Assembly: GCF_006345805.1 (NCBI RefSeq)
Contig: NC_043025.1
Coordinates: forward strand, 10,106,001 to 10,170,000
Direction: 5' to 3'
From: Octopus sinensis
Taxonomy: Eukaryota
DNA: 64,000 nucleotides
This document shows positions 51,320-62,527 of the stretch, in pieces (position 1 is the stretch's first letter; each line of letters opens with the position of its first letter). Made by a program: the position numbers and the translations under genes. Under the pieces are notes generated by a model, which was given only the letters and a program-made list of their open reading frames with translations, was not told the DNA's origin and searched no databases.

Positions 51320-52010
51320 TAAGATATGCTAGAAATAGCAACCAAATCTCCCTTAAGTTATATTGTATGGTCATCAAGTGGTAAAGATACATTAGATTAT
51401 ATGATCATAGGTGTGCTGAGACAGGGCTGACCTGGGGCCAAATAATGCCTACAGTAAAGAAGGTCACATTAGACACTGTAATCTTAGATACATTGTGTCC
51501 AATAAAAGAGAGGATGGGACATTTCTGATCATAGATCTGCTGGATCAACTAACCTGGGGCTAAACAATGACAGCAAAAGCTGTTTCTTGAGCTGATGTGG
51601 TAGGCCTATATGTAGCCATTTTATTTGTTAGAAATAGTAGCCAAATCTTTACAATCACACCCCGACAAGGAAGGAGATATTAGATAATGGAGTTGTAGAT
51701 ACATTATTTCTGAATAAAAGACAGGATGGTCGCAACTGGAACGCCTTTGATTTTAGGTTTGAGGAATCAGAGCTGCCCTAGGGCTAAATGAAGAAACAAG
51801 GAACACATTGGATAAGGTAGTCCTAGGTACACTATGTCTGAGTATAAGATGGAATGGTCATAGTTGGAACACTTTTGATCATAGGTCTACTGGATTAGGA
51901 TTAGGATTACTTGGGGTTAAACAACAACAACAACAATAACAGCTGTGTCTTAAGCTAATATGGTGAGCCTATGTGTAGTTGTTAGACTTGTTAGAAATAG
52001 CAACCAAAGC
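51320..52010 (+). repeat. Three diverged tandem copies of family I repeat
   Basis: GAAATAGCAACCAAATC, GATCATAGG and GGGGCTAAACAAC motifs match the reverse complement of the 17422 array. Confidence 0.7.
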
Positions 52011-52069
52011 TCAACTTACACCCCAACCTCTTTACAAAGAGTAGAACACTTTGAATAATGTAATATTTC

Positions 52070-52195
52070 ATACACTTCAAATTCCGCTGAGGTTGACTTT
52101 GCCTTTCATCCTTTCGGGGTTGATAAATTAAGTACCAGTTGTGTACTGGTGTCGATATAATCGACTGCCCCCCCCCCCCCCCCCCCCCCCACGCA
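52070..52195 (+). mobile_element. SINE B 3' part ending in a long poly-C run
   Basis: Core GCCTTTCATCCTTTCGGGGTTGATAAATTAAGTACC. Confidence 0.8.
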
Positions 52196-52548
52196 AACGA
52201 ATATTTTCGATATAACACCCAAAACAAATGGTCAGGGTGGTTGTAACTGGAACGTATTTGATCAAATGTTTAGTTCATGTATGCGGTCCCGGGCCTCAAC
52301 TACATTAGCCACCATCTTTAATTCAGTAACCATGTGGACTTTTCATTCTCACTTTTTGATTTTGTTTTTGGAAGAATTATTCTTCTTCACTTGATGATGA
52401 TGATGAACTGTGTGTGTTTGTATATGCGTGTGTATAAGTGTAAAATCGTGTAAAATCAAAGCTATGTCTGCTTAAAACTGTTTCTTTGCCCTTTCTTCTC
52501 TAACACATATATACTCCCATACACACATTTATCTACCTATCCATCTAT

Positions 52549-52586
<38 letters not shown>

Positions 52587-52591
52587 GTCTC

Positions 52592-52674
<83 letters not shown>

Positions 52675-52988
52675 TGTGTGTGTATACAAACACACACACA
52701 GACATTATATATATATATATAGCCTGTGTGTGTATACAAACACACACAGACATATATATATATATTATATATATAATATATATGTGAAAAACGGTTAGAT
52801 AACAAAAGAAAGAAAAAGACCTCAATATTATGTAAATAGAGGAAATTTATCTATAAAATAATATGTTAAATTCTTCTGTGTGTAAGAGTCCTCAACCGAT
52901 GTTAGGCGATAATCCAAAAAAGCCATATTAGCTCTTAGTGAAGAATAACGTCGTCCGGGAGGTAATTTATTGGTAAAAACGGTAAGAT

Positions 52989-53033
<45 letters not shown>

Positions 53034-53039
53034 TGCATT

Positions 53040-53235
53040 ATCATACTTGACCGCTAAATCTACAGGTTTTTTTTCAATTCTCTCTCCACTTATTTTCTCT
53101 CATTCCTTTCTGTTGAAGAGCATAGGCTCGAAACATAAAAGGCTTTTTCATTTTCCTAAGCATCAAACTAATATACTTGTTCTTTATACATCTACCTTCA
53201 TCTTTTGCTTTTCTATAAATTTCAACCATATATAT
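53040..53235 (+). mobile_element. Short (TA)n-flanked Penelope-like element with variant hammerhead
   Basis: CCTTT-CTGTTGAA-GAGCATAGGCTC-GAAACATA-AAAGG at 53105-53142. Confidence 0.6.
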
Positions 53236-53366
53236 ATATATATATAATCAAAACAAGCAACAAGGATATTTGTTGAAATTATATGGATAATATCATACTA
53301 AATTCTGGTGCCTCAACTTAAGTACCATATTCATCTGAATCTATCTATCTAATATATATTGTGTGT

Positions 53367-53752
53367 GTGACTGTGTGGTAAGAAGCTTGCTTCCCAACCA
53401 CATGGTTCTGGGTTCAGTCCCACTGTGTGGTATCTTGGGCAAGCATCTTCTACTATAGTCTTGGGCTGACCAAGGCCTTGTGAGTGGATTTGGTAGATAG
53501 AAACTAACAGAAGCCTGTCGTATATATATGTGTGTGTGTGTGTGTATGTATGTATTTGTATGTCTGTGTTTGTTCTCCCACCATCGCTTGACAACCGATG
53601 TTGGTGTGTTTACAGCCCTGTAACCTAGCGGTTCAGAAATAGAACTGATAGAATAAGTACTAGGCTTACAAAGAATAAGTCCTGAGAGTCGATTTGTGCG
53701 ACTAAAGGTGGTGCTCCAGCATGGTCACAGTCAAATGACTGAAACAAGTAAA
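53367..53752 (+). mobile_element. SINE A, full length
   Basis: Head and tail motifs. Confidence 0.88.
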
Positions 53753-54483
53753 TGAATATATATATATATATGTGTGTGTATATATGTGTGTGTGTTTGTA
53801 TATGGATGTATTTATGTATCTATGTAAATATGTATGTATGTATATATGTATGTATATATATATATGTATATATGTATGTATAAATGTATGTATATATGTA
53901 TACACACACACACACATCGAAGTGTACTGTATACCCACCCTACTGATAGATATATGAGTGCATTTTTCCCTGAGTTATGGACTTTTAGACACACACACAC
54001 ACACACACACACAGCACGTTCACCCTGGCAGCAAAACAAAATTAAAGAAAGGTAACTCTTGTTTACTTATTTTCTTAAGATAATCACAAGAGGTGATACC
54101 AGTAACAAATACTCTGCCAATCTTTCTGTCTTTCTCATTATCTCCCTTCTCTTTCTCTCTTTCAAACTGCATCTATTATTTTTCTTATCTCACTTATTTA
54201 TTTACTTTCGACGGAGGAGAGGAGAGACGGATGGAGGCGTAAGAGGGTGTTGCAAACTGCCTATCTATAATTGTATTCCTTAGCCCTACTCTCTCTCTCT
54301 CTCCCTTTCTCTTCTCTACTCTTACTTCATTTTCTTTTCTTTTTGTTTTAGTAGTATGTATGCATGCACTTCTAGTTTCTTTTTTTTTTTCATGTGTGAA
54401 ATGAATTCTCTTGCTCAAGGAGTGAATGTTCTGTCTGGTCCAGGAATTGACCTCATGAACTCCTGATTGTGAGTCAAACTCAG

Positions 54484-54521
<38 letters not shown>

Positions 54522-54608
54522 TATTCGAGACAAAACCACTATTTTGCAAAACAAACAAGGAAAGACTTAATTAATACATAAAATTTTAATAAATAGTCAA
54601 AAAAACCG

Positions 54609-54651
54609 CCACTACAATCGTTTCTTGTCTTGATCGACAATCTTCAGGTGG
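54609..54651 (-). ncRNA. Type I hammerhead ribozyme, minimal Penelope-type fold
   Basis: CCAC-CUGAAGA-UUGUC(GAUCAA)GACAA-GAA-ACGAUUGU-A-GUGG; all three stems pair. Confidence 0.72.
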
Positions 54652-54700
54652 ACTTCCAATAATTCAGTGTCAAATTATGAAGTATATATATTATAATATA

Positions 54701-54808
54701 CTTTATTTAAAGCAGCAGAAAATTCAACAAAACATGTTACTCTGAGTTTCACGTGAAACTCAGAGAGTAACAGGTTTGTGTTGAATTTTCTGCTGCTTTA
54801 AATAAAGC
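54701..54808. repeat. Near-perfect palindrome centred on CAC|GTG (54751/54752)
   Basis: ctttatttaaagcagcagaaaattcaac...tttcac | gtgaaa...gttgaattttctgctgctttaaataaag. Confidence 0.9.
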
Positions 54809-54927
54809 ATATTACTCTACCACTGGTATTTGAGTACTCTTTTTTCCACCTTGTTTCACATTTATGTGTTTACTCCAGTATATATATATATATAAATGTA
54901 ATATGTGACAATTATTCGGTAGCCATT

Positions 54928-54986
54928 ATAACACTCCGAGTTTCGAATGCCAAGGTGGAAATCCACGCCACCATATCTTCAGTTAT
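54928..54986 (-). ncRNA. Degenerate type I hammerhead ribozyme, probably inactive
   Basis: AUAA-CUGAAGA-(31-nt stem II)-GAA-ACUC(G)GAGU-G-UUAU; G at the cleavage position and a mismatched stem II base. Confidence 0.5.
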
Positions 54987-55007
54987 CCAGCCATTAGATA
55001 GCATTTT

Positions 55008-55525
55008 TTCCGATGCAGGCAATAACAGAGGAATTTAAGACTGGCTATCCCTGGGAGCTCCTCTATGCTGATGACCTTTCTCTTATAGCCAAATCACTAC
55101 TAGAACTAGAGAAGAAATTTCAGACATGGAAGCAAGGTCTAGAATCAAAGGGCCTTAATCTAACAAAAACCCAAATCTTTGTAAGTAGAAGAGCAGATAA
55201 ATCACTAACCCCTTCAGGTAGATGACCCTGCTCAATCTGTAGAAAAGGTGTAGGTAGAAATTTCATAAGGTGTACCCAGTGTAGGTTATAGACACATAAG
55301 AGGTGCAGAAATATCAGAGGATGCTTAACAAGGAAAATAGTTTTTGTGTGTGGTAGGTGCACAGGTACAATAAACACTACAAATGTACAGAAAATAGACT
55401 TCATCAACTGCCAGTGGGGTAAGCTAGAGGCTGTTGATAGCTTCTGTTACCTTGGTGACCAGGTCAGTAGCAGTGGGTGGGGGTGCACTGAGAGCATAGC
55501 TGCCAGAATAAGAACAGTAAGAGTA
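55008..55525 (+). mobile_element. RTE-clade LINE ORF2 fragment (RT YADD region plus Cys-rich PHD-like insert)
   Basis: WELLYADDL...GLESKGL; CSIC...CTQC...HKRC...CGRC; EAVDSFCYLGD; premature stops. Confidence 0.88.
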
Positions 55526-55795
55526 AGGGATGTTTTATATGACACATTCTACCAGTTTACGAAGTTTGAAAGTGTTTAGTTACAAAAAATTATTTTTTAA
55601 ATCTGTCGGTCAAAAGGTAAAGATCTGGGTATGTTGATGCGGACAGGAAAAATAGAACACAATATATAAATAAATGTGCATAATTTTATTAATACTTAGC
55701 AGAAGCGACAGGGTGACTCAAGGTGCAGAGAGTTTTGGGCATTAACACATGAAACCTTTGCACATATATATTAGAGAGTGGGGGGAGATGACATA

Positions 55796-56357
55796 TCATC
55801 ATCATCATCGTTTAACGTCCACTTTCCATGCTAGCATGGGTTGGATGGTTCAACTGGGGTTTGGGAAGCCAGAAGGCTGCACCAGGCCCAGTCTGATCTG
55901 GCAGTGTTTCTACAGCTTGATGCCCTTCCCAACGCCAACCACTCCATGAGTGTAGTGGGTGCTTTTTACGTGCCAGATGGGGCTGGCAACGGCCATGATC
56001 GGATGGTGCTTTTTACGTGCCACTGGCACGGAGACCAGTCGAGGCGGCGCTGGAAACGGCCACATTTGGATGGTTCTCTTATGTGCCACCGGCACTGGTA
56101 TCACAACTACAATTTCCATTGATGTTGATCGATTTCGATTTTCACTCTAAACATAGAGGGGACAAACAAAGACAGTCAAACGAATTAAGTCAATTACATC
56201 GACGCCAGTGCGTAACTGGTACTTAATTTATCGACCCTGAAAGGATGAAAGGCAATGTCGACCCCGGTGGAATTTGAACTCTGAACGTAACGGCAGATGA
56301 AATACGGCTACGCATTTCGCCCAGCATGCTAACGTTTCTGCCAGCTCGCCGCCTTTA
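55796..56357 (-). mobile_element. Family J retroposon (55796-56140) plus SINE B (56145-56357)
   Basis: Similarity to 38752-39140 and 7655-7880. Confidence 0.82.
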
Positions 56358-56655
56358 GTGTTGACTGCTGCCTTGTAATATCATTCAACCACAGAGATGT
56401 CTCCATATAATAAGCAGTGTGTTCCCTCTGGGGCAAAGAGCCCCGAGAAGCTGATTGGTGCAGACAGCGATGACAGAAGATAAAGCAGGAGTGAACAGAG
56501 AACGAAAACATGATGTTCACAGCTGTTTCCAGCTGTGATCACAGGACTGGCTTACCTAGGGCTAAAGCAATGTCAACAACACTAACAACCCCACCAACAG
56601 GTCCACACTGTACTATGCTGTTTTACATGCCATATGTTTTAAAAACAACATACTG

Positions 56656-56687
<32 letters not shown>

Positions 56688-56804
56688 AGTACATATATAT
56701 CTATATCCGTCTATCTATCTATATATATATATATATATATATAAACTTACTTGCAAATGGATACATGGCATTCAATAAAATTAAAAATATAAATTATATA
56801 TATA

Positions 56805-57028
56805 TACTCTCTTTACTCTTTTACTCTTTTTCTTGTTTCAGTCATTTGACTGCGGCCATGCTGGAGCACCGCCTTTAATCGAACAAATCGACCCCGGGAC
56901 TTATTCTTTTTTTAAGCCCAGTACTTATTCTATCAGTCACTTTTGCCGAACCGCTAAGTAACGGAGACATAAACACACCAGCATCGGTTGTCAAGGAATG
57001 CTAGGGGGACAAACACACACACACACAC

Positions 57029-57060
<32 letters not shown>

Positions 57061-57226
57061 CGATGGGGTTCTTTTCAGTTTCCGTCTACCAAATCCACTT
57101 ACAAGGCTTTGGTTGGCCCGAAGCTATAGTAGAAGACACTTGCCCAAGGTGCCACGCAGTGGGACTGAACCCGGAACCATGTGGTTGGTAAACAAGCTAC
57201 TTACCGCACAGCCACTCCTGCGCCTA
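56805..57226 (-). mobile_element. SINE A, full length
   Basis: Head and tail motifs. Confidence 0.92.
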
Positions 57227-57240
57227 TAAAAATAACTTGC

Positions 57241-57306
57241 CTCCCCGGCGGGGAATCGAACCCCGGTCTCCCGCGTGACAGGTGGGGATACTTACCACTC
57301 TACTAC
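57241..57306 (-). pseudogene. tRNA-Asp(GTC) pseudogene lacking the 5' acceptor strand
   Basis: TAGTAGAGTGGTAAGTATCCCCACCTGTCACGCGGGAGACCGGGGTTCGATTCCCCGCCGGGGAG; anticodon GTC; A-C mismatch in the anticodon stem; no CCA; TTTTT 8 nt downstream. Confidence 0.88.
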
Positions 57307-57717
57307 TATATATATATTACATTGCTTACAAACAGTTGCAGGTCAGTGACTGGAATGGCCCCCGGTCATAGAAACTCTGCCTCAAAAGACCCCATCTGCC
57401 TAGCTCAAGCATACAAGGTTGGGTGTGTAATTATGAGGTTGATAATGGAGCTGTGTAAAAAGCACTTGCGCTGCTGCCACATGGAAGCACTCATGCTGAT
57501 GGCACGTTAAAAGCACCCAGCGCACTCTGTAAAGTGGTTGGTGTTAGGAATGGCATTCAACTGTAGAAGCCATGCCAAATCAGATTTGGAGACTGGTGCA
57601 GCTCCCCAGCTTGCCAGCTCTGATCAAACCTTCCATCGCATGCCAACATGGAAACAGGTGTTAGGGATGATGATGATGATATAAATAATATTCATATATG
57701 TATGTTGTGTGTGTATG

Positions 57718-57753
<36 letters not shown>

Positions 57754-57754
57754 G

Positions 57755-57797
<43 letters not shown>

Positions 57798-57807
57798 TAT
57801 TAGTGAC

Positions 57808-58018
57808 GTATATTTGCCATTTAAATATGGCTAACCCCTAAGGGTGGATGCTACTGTAGTTTGTAGCCCGTCTTCGGGAAGAGTAGCTTCCCTTTGCAAA
57901 CTCTGATAGGGCACAGAAAGTGTGTCTAAAGCCAGCAGGAGGAGGTGTCCTCCTGGGGGCTACAAACTACAATAGCATCTGCCCTTAGGGGTTAGCCATA
58001 TTTAAATGGCAAATATAC
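57808..58018. mobile_element. Fold-back element with ~62-bp terminal inverted repeats
   Basis: gtatatttgccatttaaatatggctaacccctaaggg...tagccc / gggcta...ggcaaatatac; related single arm at 7417-7510. Confidence 0.8.
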
Positions 58019-58068
58019 TTCATAATGTGTTGCAGCTACTGTTTATAACTTGCTCTGAGATTTATTAT

Positions 58069-58114
<46 letters not shown>

Positions 58115-58373
58115 TATATGGGTACAGGACGTCAGAAAACGTAAACAACATGAAATATGAAATACGAAAAAACTTTTTTTGCAAACGAGAGAAACAAATG
58201 GAAATGTATGAACATATATATATATATATGTGTGTATGTGTGCGTTTGTTTATGTATACATCCATACATATATGCATGTGTATACATGTGTACACACATA
58301 TGCAAGTCTGTGTTTATATATACACACAACACACAGATATTCAAATATCAAAATATGCATATATACTTACACA

Positions 58374-58425
<52 letters not shown>

Positions 58426-58619
58426 TACACTCACAAATATATGCATGTAAATGGATATCCATGTGTGTGCGTATGCATATATATATATGTGTATATACAA
58501 TTGTATATGTATGATTGTTTTTTGTGTGTGTGTAACCTAATTTGTATTCTGTAAGATAATAAGGTTAGTTATGTAGCTTAATTAGCGAAGACAGGCATTT
58601 ACTCAGTTGACGATGATTA

Positions 58620-58886
58620 GGATGTTGACTTTGCCGCTGCCACCGATGATGCTGGTGATGATGATGAGGGTAAGGTTGCTATGTTAATTGCAGTGATAAT
58701 TGAGCCTGTTGATGTTGATGATGATGATGATGGTGATGATGATGTTGAGGGTAAATGATGATGAGGAGGAGGAGGGGGAGGCTGATATGGTTGACGAGAA
58801 ACATGTTGACGATGATGATGATGGTGGTGATTGTAATTGTTATGGTGACGATTGTTGTTGGTTGTTTTGAAGAGAAGCATGATGAC

Positions 58887-58917
<31 letters not shown>

Positions 58918-59518
58918 GCGGCAATGATGAGGATGATGATGACAAGCGTGATGAGAGTAAGGTTGTTTTATCATGATGATAATTGAGCCCGTTGATGATG
59001 ATGGTGATGATGATTATGATGGTGAATTATGATGATGAGAAAGGGGAGGAAGAGGAGGCTGATGTCAATGACCGTGATGGAAAGTGATGAGCAACTTGGT
59101 GATGATGATGATGATGGTGGTGATGATGGGAGTGATGATGATGGTGATGGTGATGATGATGATGATGATGGTAGTGGTGAAGATGATGGTGGTGGTGGTG
59201 ATGATGATGCTGATGATGATGATGGTAGTGGTGAGGTGATGATGATGGTGGTGAAAATGATGATGATGATGATGATGATGGTGACGATGATGACAATGCT
59301 GAAGATAACCCTGGTGATGATGAGCACAATGATGATGATGATGATGATAGATGATGGTGATGCTGATTGTGATGGTTTTGCCATAATGATTGTGATGATG
59401 ATGATGATGAGCTTGATGAGAAAGATGTCTGACAATTATTAGTTTAACAGTCTTTGTAACAATAATTGTGATTGGTGATGAGGGTGATGATTGTAATGAA
59501 TAATAGCAACAATAACTG

Positions 59519-59556
<38 letters not shown>

Positions 59557-59868
59557 TCACTGCTGCTGCTGATGATGATGATGATTAGAACCTGGGTTAT
59601 ATTCGTGAAGCGAGCATCAGGTTCGTAGCTCTCCTCCTCACTGTTGCTTCTGTCAATGACGGTGTTGACGGTGGTGGGGGTGCGAGTGGCGATGGGGGGG
59701 GGGGTGACGGCAGTGCTGGTGGTAGCAGCGATGGAGGTGGTGGCAGTGGTGATGGTGGCGGTGGTGGTGGTGATGGGGGGGTATGGGGGGGTGCCGTCAG
59801 TGCTGGTGGTAGCAGCGATGGAGGTGGTGGCAGCGATGGGTGGAGGCAGTGGTGATGGTGGTGATGCC

Positions 59869-59899
<31 letters not shown>

Positions 59900-60010
59900 A
59901 TGGTGGTGGTGGTGGTGGTGGTGGTGATGCCGATGATGGCGGTGATGGTGGGTGTGGTGGTGGTGGTGTTGGTGGTGGTGGTAGCAGGGATGGAGGTGGT
60001 GGCAGTGGTG
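58620..60010. repeat. (GAT)n then (GGT)n trinucleotide mosaics
   Basis: Direct inspection; source of the poly-D/M/H/G ORFs. Confidence 0.92.
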
Positions 60011-60190
60011 TCGGATGGTGCTATGATATTATCTGCTGGAACACTGGAAACCATCTGGGTGTGTTTGAGTGTATAACCCAGTTTCTGTCCTCTTTCTCCT
60101 CCGCCTCTTCCTCCTCCCTCTCCCCACCCCTCGTTGCTGGGGGGGGGCTTCCTCAAACCTTCCTCCTGCCACCACCCTTTGGCGGCAACA

Positions 60191-60232
<42 letters not shown>

Positions 60233-60776
60233 TCTGTCTCTCTCTCTCTCTGTTAGTGTGAGACAGGGGTGGTCCTCAGTGTTGTCAGCCTGACTGTGTC
60301 TTCTTGGCACTAAGACCAGAGGGACTGGGGACCGATGCGATGGGGGGACCCTCTCCCTCCTCCCCACTCTGTGGTGGTGAGAGGGAGGGAGTTGAGGTGG
60401 GGGTGTTGGCTTGGATGGAAGGAGCTGTTGGTGAAAGAGTAGAGAGTGGTGTGATGGTTGTTGTTGCTGTTGCAGTATATTTATTTTGGCATGTTGCAGT
60501 GAAGTGTTGTTGCATGCATCAGGCATTCATGCATCCCTTGCTCATACTCTCTCTTTTTCTCTCTCTCTACACCTATTTATATATGTATATATATATGTAT
60601 ATATATCAATAGGTGTGTGTGTAAGTGTGTGTTTATATATATATGCATGTACGTGTGCATGAATGTAAGCATGTGTGTGTATATCTGTGTATGTATGTAT
60701 GTATGTGTGTATGTATGTAGCATATAAATTATATGCATGTGAGTATGTATGTGTGTATATATACATATATATACAC

Positions 60777-60811
<35 letters not shown>

Positions 60812-60815
60812 GACA

Positions 60816-60857
<42 letters not shown>

Positions 60858-61005
60858 TATATATATACATAACATAATTTACAAGATAGGGCAAAAGAAA
60901 AATTCTAATGCCAAAGATACCGAAAAAAGACAGAACTTTTCAATAATAACCATAGATAATTTATGCGTCTCGAAACAAACCGATAGAAATCTCTAAAAAA
61001 TTCTT

Positions 61006-61071
61006 TATTACCGTATTGGTCCAATTTCGGGGTTAATTCGTAAGAAATTTTCCCCTCTTCAGCGGCAAATA
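61006..61071 (-). ncRNA. Type I hammerhead ribozyme with intact core
   Basis: UAUUUGCCG-CUGAAGA-GGGG(19 nt)CCCC-GAA-AUUGG(A)CCAAU-A-CGGUAAUA; predicted AUA cleavage between 61014 and 61013. Confidence 0.82.
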
Positions 61072-61109
61072 CGCGAGATATAAATGAAATACTTACTTAT
61101 ATATGTATG

Positions 61110-62527
61110 GTTTGATCTAGTTTCAGCTCATGAGCTGTGGCCATGCCGGGGCACCCCATTTGGTGTTGCTACTTAATTTACTTCACTAATTCTTTTTAGA
61201 AATGCCATTTGGTGCATGAGGGGGTTTGATGCCGCTGCCCTCATTTGCACCTCCTGCTGTGAAGTTGGTTCATCTGGGACACTTGACAGTAAGTGGTCCA
61301 ATTTCATTTTGAAGACACCTACATCCACCCCATGCAGGTCTCTCTGGTCCTTTGGGAGAATATTGAAGATCTATGGTCCCCTGAAGTCCAGGCTGTTGCA
61401 GTATCTTGTCATATATCTTGATGTCAAATTTGGAGTTCTTTGCACTATGCAGTGGTGTCCTGTTCTAATATTTGTGTAACTCTCGATGCCAAATTTTGGG
61501 ACAAGTTTCTCTATGATCTTCCAGATGTATATTATGGCATATCTTTCTTGCCTACGCTCTAAACAATAGAGTCTTGATCTCTTGAGTCTTTCCCAGAAGC
61601 TTAAATGCTGCATAGAGGCTATCTTCTTCATGTAGCTTCGTTGGATTGCCTCAAGTTCTGTGATTAATTTGACACTGGTTGGTGAACATAGCTGAGAGCA
61701 ATAGTCAAAGTGGCTTAGGACAAGTGTCTTTCAGAGGACCATCATGGTTTCCCGATCTCTTGTTCTAAAAGTTCTAAGAATCTATCCTGTCAGCTGCCTG
61801 CATTTCATTGCCAACTTAGCAACATACGCATAGAAGGATGCATCATTACTCATGCCCAGGTCTCACACTGATTGTGCCTCTGGGATTGCAATCCCTCCAG
61901 GTCCAGTGTATTTAATTGGGTATTGCATTTAGTTTTGCAAGCTGATAGCACAAGGCTTGAAACTTTTCAGCATTGAACTGCATGCTATTCTTTTCAGCCC
62001 ACTTGTATATTTCATCCAGCTCACATTGCAAGTGCACAGTGTCTTTAAGGTTCTGTATCACCTGTGAGACTTTGTATCATCTGCATAACTTGTGATCGTG
62101 GTTCTTTGTGTGGCTGAGGGCATATCTGAGAAGGCCATTATGAACAGTAGTGGTCCCAGAACACTACCTTGTGGGACAGCGCTCACTATTTGCGTGTCAT
62201 TGGAGGTAGCCCCATTGGCTACTACCTCCTGATTTATATATTTCAGAAAGTCATGAAGCCATTCTCCCAGTTTTCTGACAATACCGAGATGGCACAGTTT
62301 GTGACATACCATTCCATGACTGACTTTATCAAAAGCCTTTGCAAAGTCCAGATATATCACTTCCACATTCGAGTGGTTGAGCAGCTGTTTCAGCACCCAG
62401 TCATAGTGTTGTAAGAGCTGAGTCTGGCAGCGTCTTCCTGGTCGGAAAACCATGTTGGGTGTTAGTCAGCAAGTCATTTTCCTCAAGGAAGGTGATTAAT
62501 TTTCTTCTGACTATTCGTTCCATGACT
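61110..62527 (-). mobile_element. CR1/L2-group LINE ORF2 (RT to C-terminus) plus 3' UTR; 5' side ends at the gap
   Basis: IYLDFAKAFDKVSH, VPQGSVLGPLLF, SYADDTK, LERRQERYAIIYIWKIIE; several stops and frameshifts; ORF stop at 61173-61175. Confidence 0.95.

Noticed and set aside
52790-52985. (TA)n-flanked block resembling the ribozyme-bearing elements
   Set aside because: No hammerhead core could be folded on either strand; 7030-7250 and 58115-58200 gave the same result
733-60996. The many long YI/CV/YLSI/poly-V/H/F/D ORFs in the track
   Set aside because: They are translations of di-, tri- and tetranucleotide repeats, which lack stops by construction
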